From positions 96,288,001-96,352,000 of the forward strand of contig CM059431.1 of assembly GCA_030390025.1 (NCBI GenBank): a stretch of 64,000 nucleotides of DNA, given 5' to 3'. The translations under genes and the position numbers were made by a program. A model generated the notes under the pieces. That model ran no database searches. It saw only the letters and a program-made list of their open reading frames with translations, and was not told where the DNA came from. Positions 1 through 13,539 of this stretch are shown here, piece after piece. Position 1 is the first letter of the stretch. Every line of letters starts with the position of its first letter. The DNA comes from Squalus acanthias. Its lineage: Eukaryota.

Positions 1-105
1 TTCCAGTTCAATCAGTTCATTAAATGAATCACTTCATTTTGGTGCTGAATGGTCCGGTTTTCATTGTTGAGCAGATTTGGCAACAACAACTGGTTCACCG
101 ATTCG

Positions 106-366
106 TTTTTTTTTTTAAAGGGATGTGGGTGTCGCTGGCAAGGCCAGCATTTATTGCCCATCCCTAATTGCCCTTGAGAAGGTGGTGGTGAGCCGCCTTC
201 TCAAACCGTGTGGTGAAGGTACTCCCACAGTGCTGTTAGGGAGGGAGTCCAGGATTGTGACCCAGCGACGATGAAGGATCGACAATATACTTCTAAGTCA
301 GGATGGTGTGTGACTTGGAGGGGAACTTGGATGTGGTGGTGTTCCCATGCACCTGCTGCCCTTGTC
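106..366 (-). mobile_element. 3' end of a CR1-group LINE with poly(A) tail, interrupted at 366 by a Penelope-like insertion
   Basis: T-run 106-116 is poly(A) on the minus strand; sequence is the reverse complement of the LINE tail at ~16590-16860 and resumes at 2586. Confidence 0.85.
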
Positions 367-2227
367 ACCCGAGCACAACGCAACGCCATCCACGCACTCA
401 AGACCAACCGCAACATCGTCATCAAACCAGCGGACAAAGGAGGAGCCATCGTCATACAGAACAGAACGGACTATTGCAAAGAAGCATACCGACAACTGGA
501 CAACCAGGAACACTACAGACAGCTACCCGCAGATCCGACCAAAGAACACACCCGCCAACTCAATAGACTGATCAAGACCTTCGATCCAGACCTTCAAAAC
601 ATCCTATGCGCTCTCATCCCACGTACTCCCCGCGTAGGAGACTTTTACTGCCTCCCAAAGATACACAAAGCCAACACACCCGGACGTCCTATCGTATCAG
701 GCAACGGAACCCTGTGTGAGAACCTCTCTGGGTACGTCGAGGGCATCCTGAAACCCATCGTACAGGGAACCCCCAGCTTCTGTCGCGACACTACAGACTT
801 CTTGCAGAAACTCAGCACCCATGGACCAGTTGAACCAGGAACACTCCTCGTCACAATGGACGTATCGGCACTCTACACCAATATCCCCCACAATGACGGC
901 ATCGCTGCGACAGCCTCAGTACTCAACACCAACAACAGCCAATCTCCGGACGCCATCTTACAACTCATCCGCTTCATCCTTGACCACAATGTCTTCACCT
1001 TCGGCAACCATTTTTTCACCCAAACACACGGAACAGCCATGGGGACCAAATTCGCACCCCAATACGCCAACATCTTCATGCACAAGTTCGAGCAAGACTT
1101 CTTCGCTGCACAGGACCTCCAACCAACGCTGTACACCAGATACATCGACGACATCTTCTTCCTTTGGACCCACGGCGAAGGATCACTGAAAGGACTACAC
1201 GATAGCATCAACAGGTTCCATCCCACCATCAAACTCACCATGGACTACTCCTCAGAATCGGTTTCATTCTTGGACACACGAATCTCCATCAAAGACGGAC
1301 GCCTCAGCACTTCACTCTACCGCAAGCCCACGGACAACCTCACGATGCTCCACTTCTCCAGCTTCCACCCTAACCACGTTAAAGAAGCCATCCCCTATGG
1401 ACAAGCCCTGCGAATACACAGGATCTGCTCAGACGAGGAGGAACGCGATGGACACCTACGGACACTGAAAGACGCTCTCGTAAGAACGGGATATGACGCT
1501 CGACTCGTCGATCGACAGTTCCGACGGGCCACAGCGAAAAAACCGCATAGACCTCCTCAGAAGACGAACACGGGACACAACCAACAGAGTACCCTACGTC
1601 GTCCAGTACTTCCCCGGAGCGGAAAAACTACGCCATGTTCTTCGCAGCCTTCAACATGTCATCGATGACGACGAACACCTTGCTAAGGCCATCCCCACGC
1701 CTCCACTACTCGCCTTCAAGCAGCCGCCTAACCTCAAAAGTACCATCGTTCGCAGCAGATTACCCATCTTTCAGGAGAACAGCAACCAAGACACCACACA
1801 ACCCTGCCACGGCAACCTCTGCAAGACATGCCAAATCATGGACACAGATACCATCATTACACGTGAGGACACTACCCACCAGGTACACGGTACATACTCA
1901 TGTGACTCGGCCAACGTTGTCTACCTGATACGTTGCAGTAAAGGATGCTCCAGAGCATGGTACATCGGCGAGACCATGCAGACACTGAGACAACGTATGA
2001 ACGGACACCGCGCAACAATCGCCAGGCAGGAGGGTTGCCTCCCAGTCGGGGAACACTTCAGCAGCCAGGGGCATTCAGCCTCGGATCTGCGGGTAAGCGT
2101 TCTCCAAGGCGGCCTTCGAGATACACGACAGCGCAAAATCATAGAGCAGAAACTGATAGCCAAGTTCCGCACTCATGAGGATGGCCTCAATCGCGATATC
2201 GGGTTCATGTCACGATACAGAACGTGA
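367..2227 (+). pseudogene. Penelope-like RT + GIY-YIG polyprotein, 5'-truncated, one frameshift at A-run 1537-1542
   Basis: IKPADKGG, YCLPKIHK..PGRPIVS, MDVSALYT, GTAMG, RYIDD in ORF 271-1668; CHGNLCKTC linker and VVYLIRC..WYIGET..RMNGH in ORF 1493-2227. Confidence 0.92.
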
Positions 2228-2465
2228 CTTGACATCATGGCCGGTCTTCCCAGGTGTTTTTTTTTTGTTTTTTTTTGTTTTTTTTTAAAAAAACACAAGA
2301 ACACAAATTGACAGGATATGCAGCCAGCAGGTGGTTTGACACGCTGGACCCCCTGGGACACATCTCATTGTCTTGGCTGTGCTCTTTGTTGTAGCGAATA
2401 ATGTGAATAGATTTTGTCTGGGTTTAAATTGTGAATTCTGGGAGATTCTCTCATTGCTAACTTCC

Positions 2466-2498
2466 CTGACGAAGGAGCGATAGCTCCGAAAGCTTGTA
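2466..2498 (+). ncRNA. Minimal hammerhead-ribozyme-like motif in the PLE 3' region
   Basis: CTGACGA (2466-72), stem GGAGC/GCTCC with GATA loop, GAAA (2488-91), palindromic AAGCTT; stem I pairing is not evident. Confidence 0.6.
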
Positions 2499-2585
2499 AA
2501 ATTAAATAAATCTGTTGGACTATAACCTGGTGTTGTGCGACTTCTCATTTTTGTCCACCCCAGTCCAACGCCGGCATCTCCACAT

Positions 2586-4290
2586 CTTGTCCTAGGTGGA
2601 AGAGGTCGCGGGTTTGGGAGGTGCTGCCGAAGAAGCCTTGGCGAGTTGCTGCAGTGCATCTTGTAGATGGTACACACTGAACCCACGGTACGCCGGTGGT
2701 GGAGGGAGTGAATGTTTAAGGTGGTGGATGGAATGCCAATCAAGTGGGCTGCTTTGTCCTGGATGGTGTTGAGCTTCTTGAGTGTTGTTGGAGCTGCACT
2801 TATCCAGACAAGTCTGGAGTATTCCATCACACTCCTTACTTGTGCCTTGTAGATGGTGGAAAGACTTTGGGGAGTCAGGAGGTGAGACACTCGCCGCAGA
2901 ATACCTAGACTCTGACCTGCTCTTGTTGCCACAGTATTTATGTGGCTGGTCCAATTAAGTTTCTGGTCAATGGTGACCCCCAGGATATTGATGGTGGGGA
3001 ATTCGGTGATGGTAATGTTGTTGAATGTCAAGGGGCAGTGGTTAGACTCTCACTTGTTCGAGATAGTCATTGCCTGGCACTTCTGTGGCGCAAATGTTAC
3101 CTGCCACTTATCAGCCCAAGCCTGAACGTCGTCCAGGTTTTGTTGCATGCGGGCATGGACGGCTTCATTATCTGAGGCGTTGTGAATGGCGCTGAACACT
3201 GTGCAGTCATCAGCGAACATCCCCATTTCTGACCTTATGTTGGAGGGAAGGTCATTGATGAAGCAGCTGAAGATGGTTGGGCCTAGGATACTGCCCTGAG
3301 GAACTCCTGCAGCGATGTCCTGGGGCTGTGATGATTGACCTTCAACCACCACAACCATCTTACTTTGTGCTAGGTATGACTCCAGCCAGTGGAGAGTTTT
3401 CCTCCTGATTCCCATTGACTTCAGTTTTACTCGGGCTCATTGATGCCCCACTCGGTCAAATGCTGCCTTGATGTCAAGGGCAGTCACTCTCACCTCACCT
3501 CTGGAATGCAGCTCTTTGTCCATGTTTGGACCAAGGCTGTAATGAGGTCGGGAGCCGAGCGGTCTTGGCGGAACCCAAACTGGGCATCAGTGAGCAGGTT
3601 ATTGGTGAGTAAGTGCTGCTTGATAGCACTGTCGATGACACCTTCCATCACTTTGCTGATGATTGAGAGTAGACTGATGGGGCGGTAATTAGCCGGATTG
3701 GATTTGTCCTGCTTTTTGTGGACAGGACATACCTGGGCAGTTTTCCACATTGTCAGATTGATGCCAGTGTTGTAGCTGTACTAGAACAGCTTGGCTAGAG
3801 GCGCGGCTAGTTCGGGAGCTCAAGTCTTCAGCACGATAGCCGGGATGTTGTCGAGGCCCATAGCCTTGCTGTATCCAGTGCGCTCAGCCGTTTCATGATA
3901 TCATGTGGAGTGAATCGAATTGGCTGAAGACTGGCTTCTGTGATGGTAGGGAGCTCAGGAGTAGGCCGATATGGATCATCCACTCGGCACTTCTGGCTGA
4001 AGGAGGTTGCAAACACTTTAAGCTTGTCTTTTGCACTCAGGTGCTGGGCTCCACCATCATTGAGTATGGGGATATTCATGGAGCCTCCTCCTCCCATTAG
4101 TTGTTTAATGGTCCACCACCATTCACGACTGGATGTGGCAGGACTGCAGAGCTTTGATCTGATCCGTTGATTGTGCGATCACTTAGCCCTGTCCATGCAT
4201 GCTAAAAAGTGGAAGCTGCATGCTATATAGTCCTGTGTTGCAGCTTCCCCAGGTTGGCACCTCATTTTTAGGTACGCCTGGTGCTGTGTA
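2586..4290 (-). mobile_element. Degenerate CR1-group LINE ORF2 (RT region), continuation of 106-366
   Basis: Frameshifted minus-strand fragments: NYRPISLLS, QFGFR, GVPQGSILGP, MFADD, YKAQVRSVMEY. Confidence 0.9.
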
Positions 4291-4840
4291 CTGCATACTC
4301 GCGTGGGTGCAGGCTGCCATTCCGCAACTGACTGGATGACAAGAATTTCTATGGAGCCAGGCACTTAATACCAGCGGGACACGATTCCCGCTCTGCAACT
4401 GTAACGATCATGGAGTGTTGGGGCCCAATAAATTGAACAACATAACTTGTACATCATCTGTATCTTCAAGTTCTTTCACTTTTTTTTCTTAAATTATCTA
4501 GTTTTAATAAGGGGCTTTCACTAATTCTGTGGATTCTGGGATAGACTCTATAAGTACTTAATTTTGTCACCTGCCAGAAAAAGAGCAAAAGCACTCACTT
4601 GAGCAGTTGTGAAGATAGAAATGGAAAAAGCGATAAAGCCAGAAACGGAAAGGAAAAAAGGAAAAAGGCAGGGAGAGAGAGAAGGTACAACAAGCATATT
4701 AATGTTGAATTTGTACTGCACTCAAGAATGCAGTACAGGATTTCACTGGGAACTGAGTAAGAGCCACTGACCTGAGATTTTTTTAACAATTTTTCCACTG
4801 AAAGGATTTGCAAGTGAGCTACATTTAAGTGGTGTTTTAA

Positions 4841-7800
4841 ATCAGAAAATCAGAGAATGGTTACAGCACGGAAGGCGGCCATTCAGCCCGTCGAGCCCAT
4901 ATCGCCTCTAAGCTAGCCCCACACCCCTGCCCTTTCCCTGTAGCCCTGCAAATTTTTTTCCTTCAGATCCTTATCCAACTCACTTTTGAAAGATAAGATT
5001 GAGTCTGCCTCCACCACCCTTTCAGGCAGTGCATTCCAGATCTTAACCACTCGCTGTGCAAAAAAGTTTTTTCTTACATCGCCTTTCGTTCTTTTGCCAA
5101 TCATCTTAAATCTGTGTCCTCTGGTTCTCGACCCTTCTGCCAATGGGAACAGTTTCTCTGTATCTATTCTGTCCAGATCCCTCATGATTTTGAACACTTC
5201 TATCAAATCTCCTCTCAATCTTCTCTGCTCCAAGGAGAACAACCCCAGCTTCTGTCTATCAACATAACTGAAGTCCCTCATTCCTGGAATCATTCTCGTA
5301 AATCTTTTCTGCACCTTCTCCAAGGCCTTCACATCCTTCCTAAAATGTGGTGCCCAGAATTGGACATAAAACTCCAGTTGGGGCCGAACCAGTGTTTTAT
5401 ACAGGTACATCATAATTTCCACACTTTTGTATTCTATACCTCTATTTTTGAAGCCCAGGATCCCGTAAGCCTTTTTAACTGCTTTCTAAACCTGCACTGC
5501 CACCGTCAATGATTTGTGCACACAGACCCCCAGGTCTCTCTGTTCATGCACCCCCTTCAGGATTGTACCATTTAGTTTATATATCCTCTCCTCATTCTTT
5601 CTACTAAAATGTATCCCTTCACACTTCTCTGCGTTAAATTTCATCTGCCACGTGTCTGCCCATTTCACCAGCCTGCCTATGTCTTCCTGAAGTCTTTCAC
5701 TCTCCTCCTCACTGTTCACTATAATTCCAAGTTTTGTGTCATCTGCAAATTTTGAAATTCTGCCTTGTACACCTACGTCCAAGTCATTAATATATATCAA
5801 GAAAAGCAGTGGTCCTAGTACTGACCCCTGGGGAACACCACTGTATAACTTCCTCCAGTCCGAAAAACAACCGTTCACCACTACTTGCTGCTTCCTGTCA
5901 CTTAGCCAATTTTATATCCATACTGCCACTGTCCCTTTTATTACATGGGCTTCAACTTTGCCATCAAGCCTATTATGTAGCACTTTGTCGAACGCCTTTT
6001 GGAAATCCATGAACACTACATCAACCGCATTACCCTCATCAACCCTCCCTGTTACCTCTTCAAAAAACTCGATCAAGTTGGTTAAACTCGATTTGCCTTT
6101 AACAAATCCATGCTGGCTTTCCTTACTTAATCCACACCCATCCAAGTGACTGTTAATTTTGTCCCTGATTATTGTCCCTGATTATTGTTTATGGAAGCTT
6201 CCCCACTACCAAGGTTGAACTGACTGGCCTGTAGTTGATGGGTTTATCTTTACATCCTTTTTTGAACAATGGTCTAATGTTTGCAATTCTCCAGTCCTCT
6301 GGCACCAACCCTGTATCTAGGAGGATTGGAATATTATGGCCAGTACCTCCGCGATTTCCGCCTCAATTCCCTCAGCATCCTAGGATGCATCCCATCCGCT
6401 CCTGGTGATTTATCTACTTTCAGTACAGCCAGCCTTTCTAATAGCTCCTCTATCAAATGTTATCCTATCAAGTGTCTCCACTACCTCCTCCCTCACTAGG
6501 TCTATGGCAGCATCCTCTTCCTTGGTGAAGACAGATGCAAAGTACGCATTTGGTAGCTCAGCCATACCCTTTGCCTCCATGCATAGGTCTCCGTTTTGGT
6601 TCCTAATCGGCCCCACCCCTCCTCTTACTACCCTTTTACTATTTATATGCCTATAGAAGACTTTTGGATTACCTTTTATGTTGGCTGCCATTCTATTCTC
6701 ATATCCTCTCTTTGCCCCTCTTATTTTCTTTTTCATTTCTCCTCTGACCTTTCTATATATAGCCTGATTCTCAGATGTATTTGCAACCTGACGTCTGTCA
6801 TTAGAGCTCTTTTTCTGCTTCATCTCTGTGTCATCATCCAGGGAGCCCTGACTTTAGTTGCCCTGCCTTTCCCTCTAGTGGGAATGTACCTCAACTGTAC
6901 CTTAACTATTTCCTCTTTAAAGGCAGTCCATTGTTCTATTACAGTTTTGCCTGCCAATCTTTGATTCCAGTTTACCCGGGCCAGATCTGTTCTCATCCCA
7001 CTGAAATTGGCTTTCCCCCGGTTAAACATTTTTACTCTAGATTGCTCCCTGTCCTTTTCCATAGCTAATCTAAACCTCATGATACTATGATCACTGTTCC
7101 CTAAATATTCACCTGCTGACACTTGCTCCACTTGACCTACCTCATTCCTGAGAACTAGATCCAGTAATGCCTCCTCCCTCGTCGGGCCGAAACATACTGA
7201 TCAAGAAATTTCTCCTGAACACTTGAAATTCTTCCCCTTCTCTGCCCTTTACACTATTACGATCTCAGTCTATATTAGGATAGTTGAAGTCCCCCATTAT
7301 TACTACTCTATAGTTCTTGCACCTCTCTGTAATTTCTTTGCAAATTTGCTCCTCCATATCTTTCCCACTATTTGGTGGTCTATAGAATACACCTAGTAAT
7401 GTAATGGCACCTCTATTATTTCTTAACTCTAGCCATATAGATTCTGTCCTGGACCCCCTCCAGGATATCCTCCCTCTCCAGCACTGTAACATGCTCCTTA
7501 ACCAATACTGCCACGCCACCTCCTATCTTCCCTTCACACCTTATACAGGAATATTTAATACCCAATCCTGCCCTTTTTTGAGCCAGGTATCAGTTATTGC
7601 CACATCATATTCCCATGTGGCTATTTGTGCCTGTAGCTCACTTACCTTGTTTACTACGCTTCGTGCGTTCACATACATACACTGTAAACCCGATCTTAGA
7701 CCATCCTGTATTCTCTCTTAGTTTGACCCCACCTAATATCATACTATTTCTTACTTTAGTGCTCTGTGCCTCTCCCAATCCTTTCAGCACTTTATTTCCC

Positions 7801-8705
7801 CTTTTTCATGTTACATCCTGGTGCCCATCCCTCTGCCAAATTAGTTTAAACCCTCCCCAACAGCACGAGCAAACCTCTCTGCAAGGATATTGGTGCAACC
7901 CGTCCGGCCTGTACAGTTCCCACCTCCCCCAGAACCGGTCCCAATGCCCCAGGAATCTGAAGCCCTCCCTCCTGCACCATCTCTCCAGTCACGCATTCAT
8001 CTGCTCTATCCTCTTATTTCTATACTCACTCGCGCGTGGCACCGGGAGTAATCCGGAGATTACTACCTTTGAGGTCCTGCTTTTTAATCTCTTTCCTAGC
8101 TCCCTAAAATCTGCCTGCAGGACCTCATCCCTTTTTCTACCTATGTCGTTGGTACCAATATGGACCACGACCTCTGGCTGTTTACCCTCCACCCTCAGAA
8201 TGTTCTACAACCGCTCAGAAACGTCCTTGACCCTGGCACCAGGGAGGCAACATACCATCCTGGAGTCATATCTGCAGCCGCAGAAACGCCTGTCTGCTCC
8301 CCTAACTATCGACTTCCCATACCACTATTGCTCTCCCACTCTGCTTTCCCCCCGCCCCCCCACCCCTTGTACAGCTGAGCCACCCGTGGTGCCGCAGACT
8401 TGGCTCTGGCTGTACTCCCCAGAGGAACCATCGCCCTCACCAGTACTCCAAAGCGAATACTGATTGGAGCGCGAGATGCACTCAGGGGACACCTGCACTA
8501 CCTGCCTGGTCCTCTTCTTCTGTCTGGCGGTCACCCATTCCCTCTCTGCCTGCGCACTCCTTAGCTGCAGGGTGACCACCTCCTGAAACGAAGCTCTCAG
8601 CCTCATGGATGCACCGCAATGATGCCAGCTGCTGCTCAAGCTCCAAAACCCGGAGCTCGAGCTCCTCTAGCTGATGACACCTCCAGCACACGTGGTTGTC
8701 CAGGA
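4841..8705 (-). mobile_element. Near full-length degenerate CR1 LINE (ORF1 esterase, APE endonuclease, RT, 3' tail)
   Basis: ORF1 fragments CWRCHQL and VVVHIGTND; APE GVFYRPP and [28 protein letters not shown]; tail repeat near 4841. Confidence 0.92.
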
Positions 8706-10640
8706 CAAGTGTGTTGACACTTATTTAAAATTCTCTTTACAGCCATATGCTGCAGCTGCAGAAACAAAGTATTTGTTCATTCAAGGGCCAGGCATTGGAG
8801 ATGTGCATTAAAGCTAGATAGATTTTTCTGTGGAAAAATGGTCAAAAAAAATCTCAGCTCTCACTCAGATTCCAGTGAAATCCTGTGTAAAGGCAGTTAG
8901 CCAGCCAGCTAGTTCTGGGAAAGGAGCCTGGCCTAGCAAGAGGAAACTTACTAACCTTAAGCTCAAAGCCAGTTAGAATGAAAAGGCTGACTAGCAAAAC
9001 TTAAGTGCGCCAGCTGATATCGATAGTGTGGTGGATCTTTATTTATTTTTCTTTATAGCAAGGATCTGATTCAGGTCAAATTTGATTATGACTGTTGCTC
9101 TGTACAGTCACATGCTGTTTATAAAACAAAGCAGCTTAATGATTCGTATCTGACTTCATCTCACAGAATTGTTTTCAGTCCACCAACTGAAAGATTGGAG
9201 AAGCACATGTGAAGGCACATGTGAAAAATATGCCATCTAGTTCAGATCATAATGGGATTGGGTTATATTATCGTATGATTAGATGTTTGGCATTACGGGC
9301 ACACTCATGAACATAAGGGACTTGGACCACTTGCAGGAGTGATCAGCACCGCTGTACCTGAGGGAATAGAAGGTAGTGCTGGTTACTAGGGTAAATGTGT
9401 GAATGGTTACCAAAATCACTTCAAACTTTAACGCAGCGCATTGCACCAGCTGCATTTATCTACAGCTAGTCCTCCCTGGTGTGCGAACATCTCTTCCAGG
9501 AGATTTCGGACAGTTGATTGGGTGGAATTACTTCTTCCTTAGTTATCAGGAGACATGATTTGGTTGCACTAATGATAACTGAAGACAATCAATAGCTCGA
9601 AGCACAACAAGGCAACAAACTCAGGTTAAAACACAGACAGTCTGTAATCTGAGTGATAGATGCAACTTGCCACTTTCAACCATGATTCTGTTTGTGAAGT
9701 CATGCTATGCCTCAGGTAGGAGGCTGACTCATAACTAAAACTCTGATGCTTTAGATGTCCCCGGGGTTGACAACTCTGTTTTTTTGGTTCATTTTGAGCA
9801 GATGGTATAAAACATCAAATAATAAAATGGTTAAAGCTGTGCATAGCTGACCCATACGTCCAGAAAGGTCCCAGGTTAGATTACTAGTCTGTGCTATGTT
9901 AAATGATCCCAGCAGGGCCAACAGTGGGGGCATTTTTTGTGGCCTCAGCAACGGCAAGGTGGGGAGCGGAAAACTGACCAGGATTCCCATGCCCGATCAA
10001 TCTCCAGCAAACCCTGCTGGTAGTGTGGGTGCATGTCTGTGTGGTCATCGGCTTCGATGCCCCATGAAATTGAAGTGTCTGCTGCCACTCAGTGCCTGCA
10101 ATCATACAATGAGAAATAGCCTCTTATATGAAATACCAGAGGTGCAACCAACGCCCATGGATCAACCTCAGCAAGCAAAATCAACATTTTCAGAAATTGG
10201 GTAGAAACAGATGAAAAAATGGTCGCAATTTAGGAATGTTGCTGTCCTTCTTTAATAACAGTTCAGTTATTAATAATCAAAAAGCTTCAGGACTATGTAT
10301 TTTCTTTTATCTTTCAACAGCATTCCACCACTCAGTGTTTAGCTCAACTCTTTATTTAGTCTCTCCTATTGCTCCAATTATCCCTTGCCAGCTTCATATA
10401 GGAAGCTAAGATAATGGCCTTGAATTTGTATATATGGAATCCCCATAAGCATGAATGGGAATACCCCAAAAAATACATGTACACATCAAATAAATAAAAA
10501 TGACATATTTAAAAATAATTAAAATGCCATTTAATTAAATATTTAAAACAAAAATTTAATTTTTTGAAAAATAATTTTAAATGTTTTAAAGGGGCTAAAA
10601 ATAACTTTACCTTATTGTACAGGTTTTTTAATGTTTAAAT

Positions 10641-12400
10641 AGAATCATTGAATCATAGAAAGTTACAGCACGGAAGGAAGCCATTCCGGCCCATCGTGTC
10701 CGTGCTGGCCAACAAAGAGCTATCCAGCCTAATCCCACTTCCCAGCTCTTGGTCCGTAGCCCTGCAGGTTAGAGCATCCCAAGTGCACATCCAAGTACTT
10801 TTTAAATGTGGTTAGGGTTCCTGCCTCTACCACCCTTTCAGGCAGTGAGTTCCAGACCCCCACAACCCTCAAATCCCTCAATCCCTCTAAAACTTCCACC
10901 AATTACTTTAAATCTGTGCCCCCTGGTTGTTGACCCCTCTGCTAAGGGAATTGGTCCTTTCTATCCACTTTATCTGTGCCCCTCATAATTTTATACACCT
11001 CAATAAAGGTCTCCCCTCAGCCTCCTCTGTTCCAAGGAAAACAGACCCAGCCTATCCAGTCTTTCCTCATAGCTAAGATTCTCTACTCCCGGCAACATCC
11101 TTGTAAATCTCCTCTGTACCCTCTCTAGTGCAATCACATCTTTTCTGTAATGTGGTGACCAGAACTGCATGCAGTACTCTAGCTGAGTCCTAACTAGTGT
11201 TTTATACAGTTGAAGCATAAACCCCCTGCTCTTGTATTCTATGCTACGGCTAATAAAGGAAAGTATCCCGTATGCCTTCTTAACTACCTTATCTACCTGG
11301 CCTGCTACTTTCAGGGATCTGTGGACATGCACTCCAAGGTCCCTTTGTTCCTCTACATTTCTCATTTTTCTACTATTTATTGTGTATGCCCTTGTCTTGT
11401 TAGCCCTCCCCAAATGCATTACCTCACACTTCTCCGGATTGAATTCGATTTGCCACTTTTCTGCCCACCTGACTAGTAAACTGATATCTTCCTAGTCTAC
11501 AGCTATCTTCCTCACTATCAACTACATGGCCAATTTTAAAAGGTATTAAGGGGAACAGATAGGGTAGTTTGAGAGAAACTATTTCCGCTGGTTGGGGAGT
11601 CTAGGACTGGGGGTATAGTCTAAAAATGAGAGAGTCAGACCTTTCAGGAGTGAAATTAGGAAACACTTCTGCACCTTATCTACTTGGCCTGCTACCTTCA
11701 GGGATCTGTGGACATGCACTCCAAGGTCCCTTTGTTCCTCTGCACTACTCAGTGTCCTACCATTTAATGTGTATTCCCTTTCCTTGTTAGCCCTCCCCAA
11801 ATGCATTACCTCACACTTCTCCAGATTGAATTCCATTTGCCACTGTTCTGCTCACCTGACCAATTTATTGATATCTTCCTGCAGTCTACAGCTTCCTTCT
11901 TCAGTATCAACCACACAGCCGATTTTAGTATCATCTGCAAACTTCTTAATCATACCTCCTATATTCAATCAAGATCGTTGATATATACCACAAAAAGCAA
12001 GGGACCTAGTACTGAGTCCTGAGGAACCCTACTGGAAACAGCCTTCCAGTCACAAAAACACCCATCAACCATTACTCTCTGCTTCCTGTCTCCGAGCCAG
12101 TTTTGAATCCAACTTGACAGTGCCTTGGATCCCATGGGCTTTTAACTTCGTGACCAGTCTGCCATGTGGAACCTTATCAAAAACCTTGCTAAAGTCCATA
12201 TACACTACATCAAACACACTACCCTCATCTACCCTCCTTGTTACCTCCTCAAAAAATTCAATCAAGTTTGTCAGACACGTCCTTCCCTTAACAAATCCGT
12301 GCTGACGATCCTTGATTAATCCGTGTCTTTCTAAATGAAGGTTTATCCTGTTCTTCAGAATTCTTTCCAATAATTTTCCCACCACCGAGGTTGGAATGAT
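10641..12400 (-). mobile_element. 5'-truncated CR1 LINE with an internal duplicated, chimeric segment (~11290-11670)
   Basis: RT fragments in ORFs 11000-11419, 11579-11836 and 12065-12385; tail repeat at 10641. Confidence 0.9.
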
Positions 12401-12404
12401 TGAA

Positions 12405-12661
12405 AAAAAATATTTTTATGTTCATTTAAACTCTTACGCTGGTGAAAGCTGGCCTTAAGACTGATTTTACCAGGCGTAAGAATTTCACAGGCATTCGCTG
12501 GGTAGAAGTTGGGCAAATCGGCCAACTCTCCTCCCGCGGATGTCCTTTTCCCGGGGATACGTTAGATTCTTGACAGATCGCGCAAAAACCCGGAACTTGC
12601 ATGGCCCTTACGCGCGCGTAAGCATCTCATACATGCCCGTAGGGGGCGCAAATTACAGGCC
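12405..12661. mobile_element. Partial non-autonomous Harbinger-like element (one end)
   Basis: Ends AAATTACAGGCC like the other MITE termini; shares TTACGC(C)TGGT..TTTTACCAGG with the element at 12786. Confidence 0.55.
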
Positions 12662-12785
12662 AATAAGTACAAGCTGCAGTCAGGGAAATAATATAGAAAC
12701 CAAAAAGGTTAGATGATGAATTGGGTTATCACATTGTCTCACCTCTGCATCCTTCCAAGGCAGATTGTTGGAAAATAAATATTTC

Positions 12786-13539
12786 GGCCCAGATATTCCG
12801 ATCCCTACGGGTAGGTACGTGCTGTGCACCCACCCGTAGGGACATCGGAAATGCCGGTTTCAGGCATGCACAGCCCATGCGCTGAAAATCAGCATTTCCG
12901 ATCTGTCAAGAATGCTCTTGACAGATCCTCCGGCTGCCCTGGAGAAGGGCCTCTGCAGACGGATAGTTCCGCTTTTTGGAGACCCTCCGCCCGCAGAAAA
13001 CCCTTACAATTCTTACGCCTGGTAAAAGCATAAGGCCTGCTTTTACCAGGACAAGAGTTCAAAAAAAGTAAAAAAAATGTTTTCACTGATTTATAATTTC
13101 AAAATACTTTAAAATAAGGTAAGTTTATTTTTAGCCCCGTAAAAAACTTTAATTATTTTTTTCAAAAAATTAAATTTTTGTTTAAAATACTTAATTTATT
13201 GTAATTTCAAGTCATTTTAAAATTGTGATCTTGTAAAAAAAAATTATTTAAAGTTTTACTATGTTTTTGGGGTGATCGCCATTCATATATTTGACAGGTC
13301 TTCCTGTCAAATGTATGAAGGGAGATTCCCTTCTGTGATTGGCTCCCCATGGCCCACGTGATTCCAGGGACGCTGCGAACTACCTGCGCCTCTGGGATAC
13401 GTGGGCCCTGCACACTTCAAGTTTGGAGAGGCCCAGGAGCAGAAGCGTGCGCGTCTCAGGAGCCCTCAGGTAAGGGCGTAGATTTTTCCAGATCGCAGGC
13501 CTCCGCCCGTGGGAGGCCTGCGATCGGAAAATACGGGCC
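12786..13539. mobile_element. MITE, Harbinger-like
   Basis: Imperfect TIRs GGCCCAGATATTCCGATC / GATCGGAAAATACGGGCC; AT-rich core; homologous to 44770-45501. Confidence 0.8.

Larger units (their letters stand above)
367..2585 (+). mobile_element. 5'-truncated Penelope-like retroelement, probably Neptune-type, inserted in a LINE
   Basis: PLE-type RT, GIY-YIG endonuclease and a 3' region with a hammerhead-like motif; flanked by duplicated CTTGTC (361-366, 2586-2591). Confidence 0.92.

Noticed and set aside
271..366. N-terminus of the 465-aa ORF as a real start
   Set aside because: The first 32 codons are antisense LINE sequence fused by chance to the truncated PLE frame.
1537..1542. Programmed frameshift in the PLE
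   Set aside because: PLEs normally use one ORF; a single-base homopolymer insertion is the simpler explanation.
7597..8463. 288-aa plus-strand ORF
   Set aside because: Antisense shadow of CR1 ORF1; no independent motifs.
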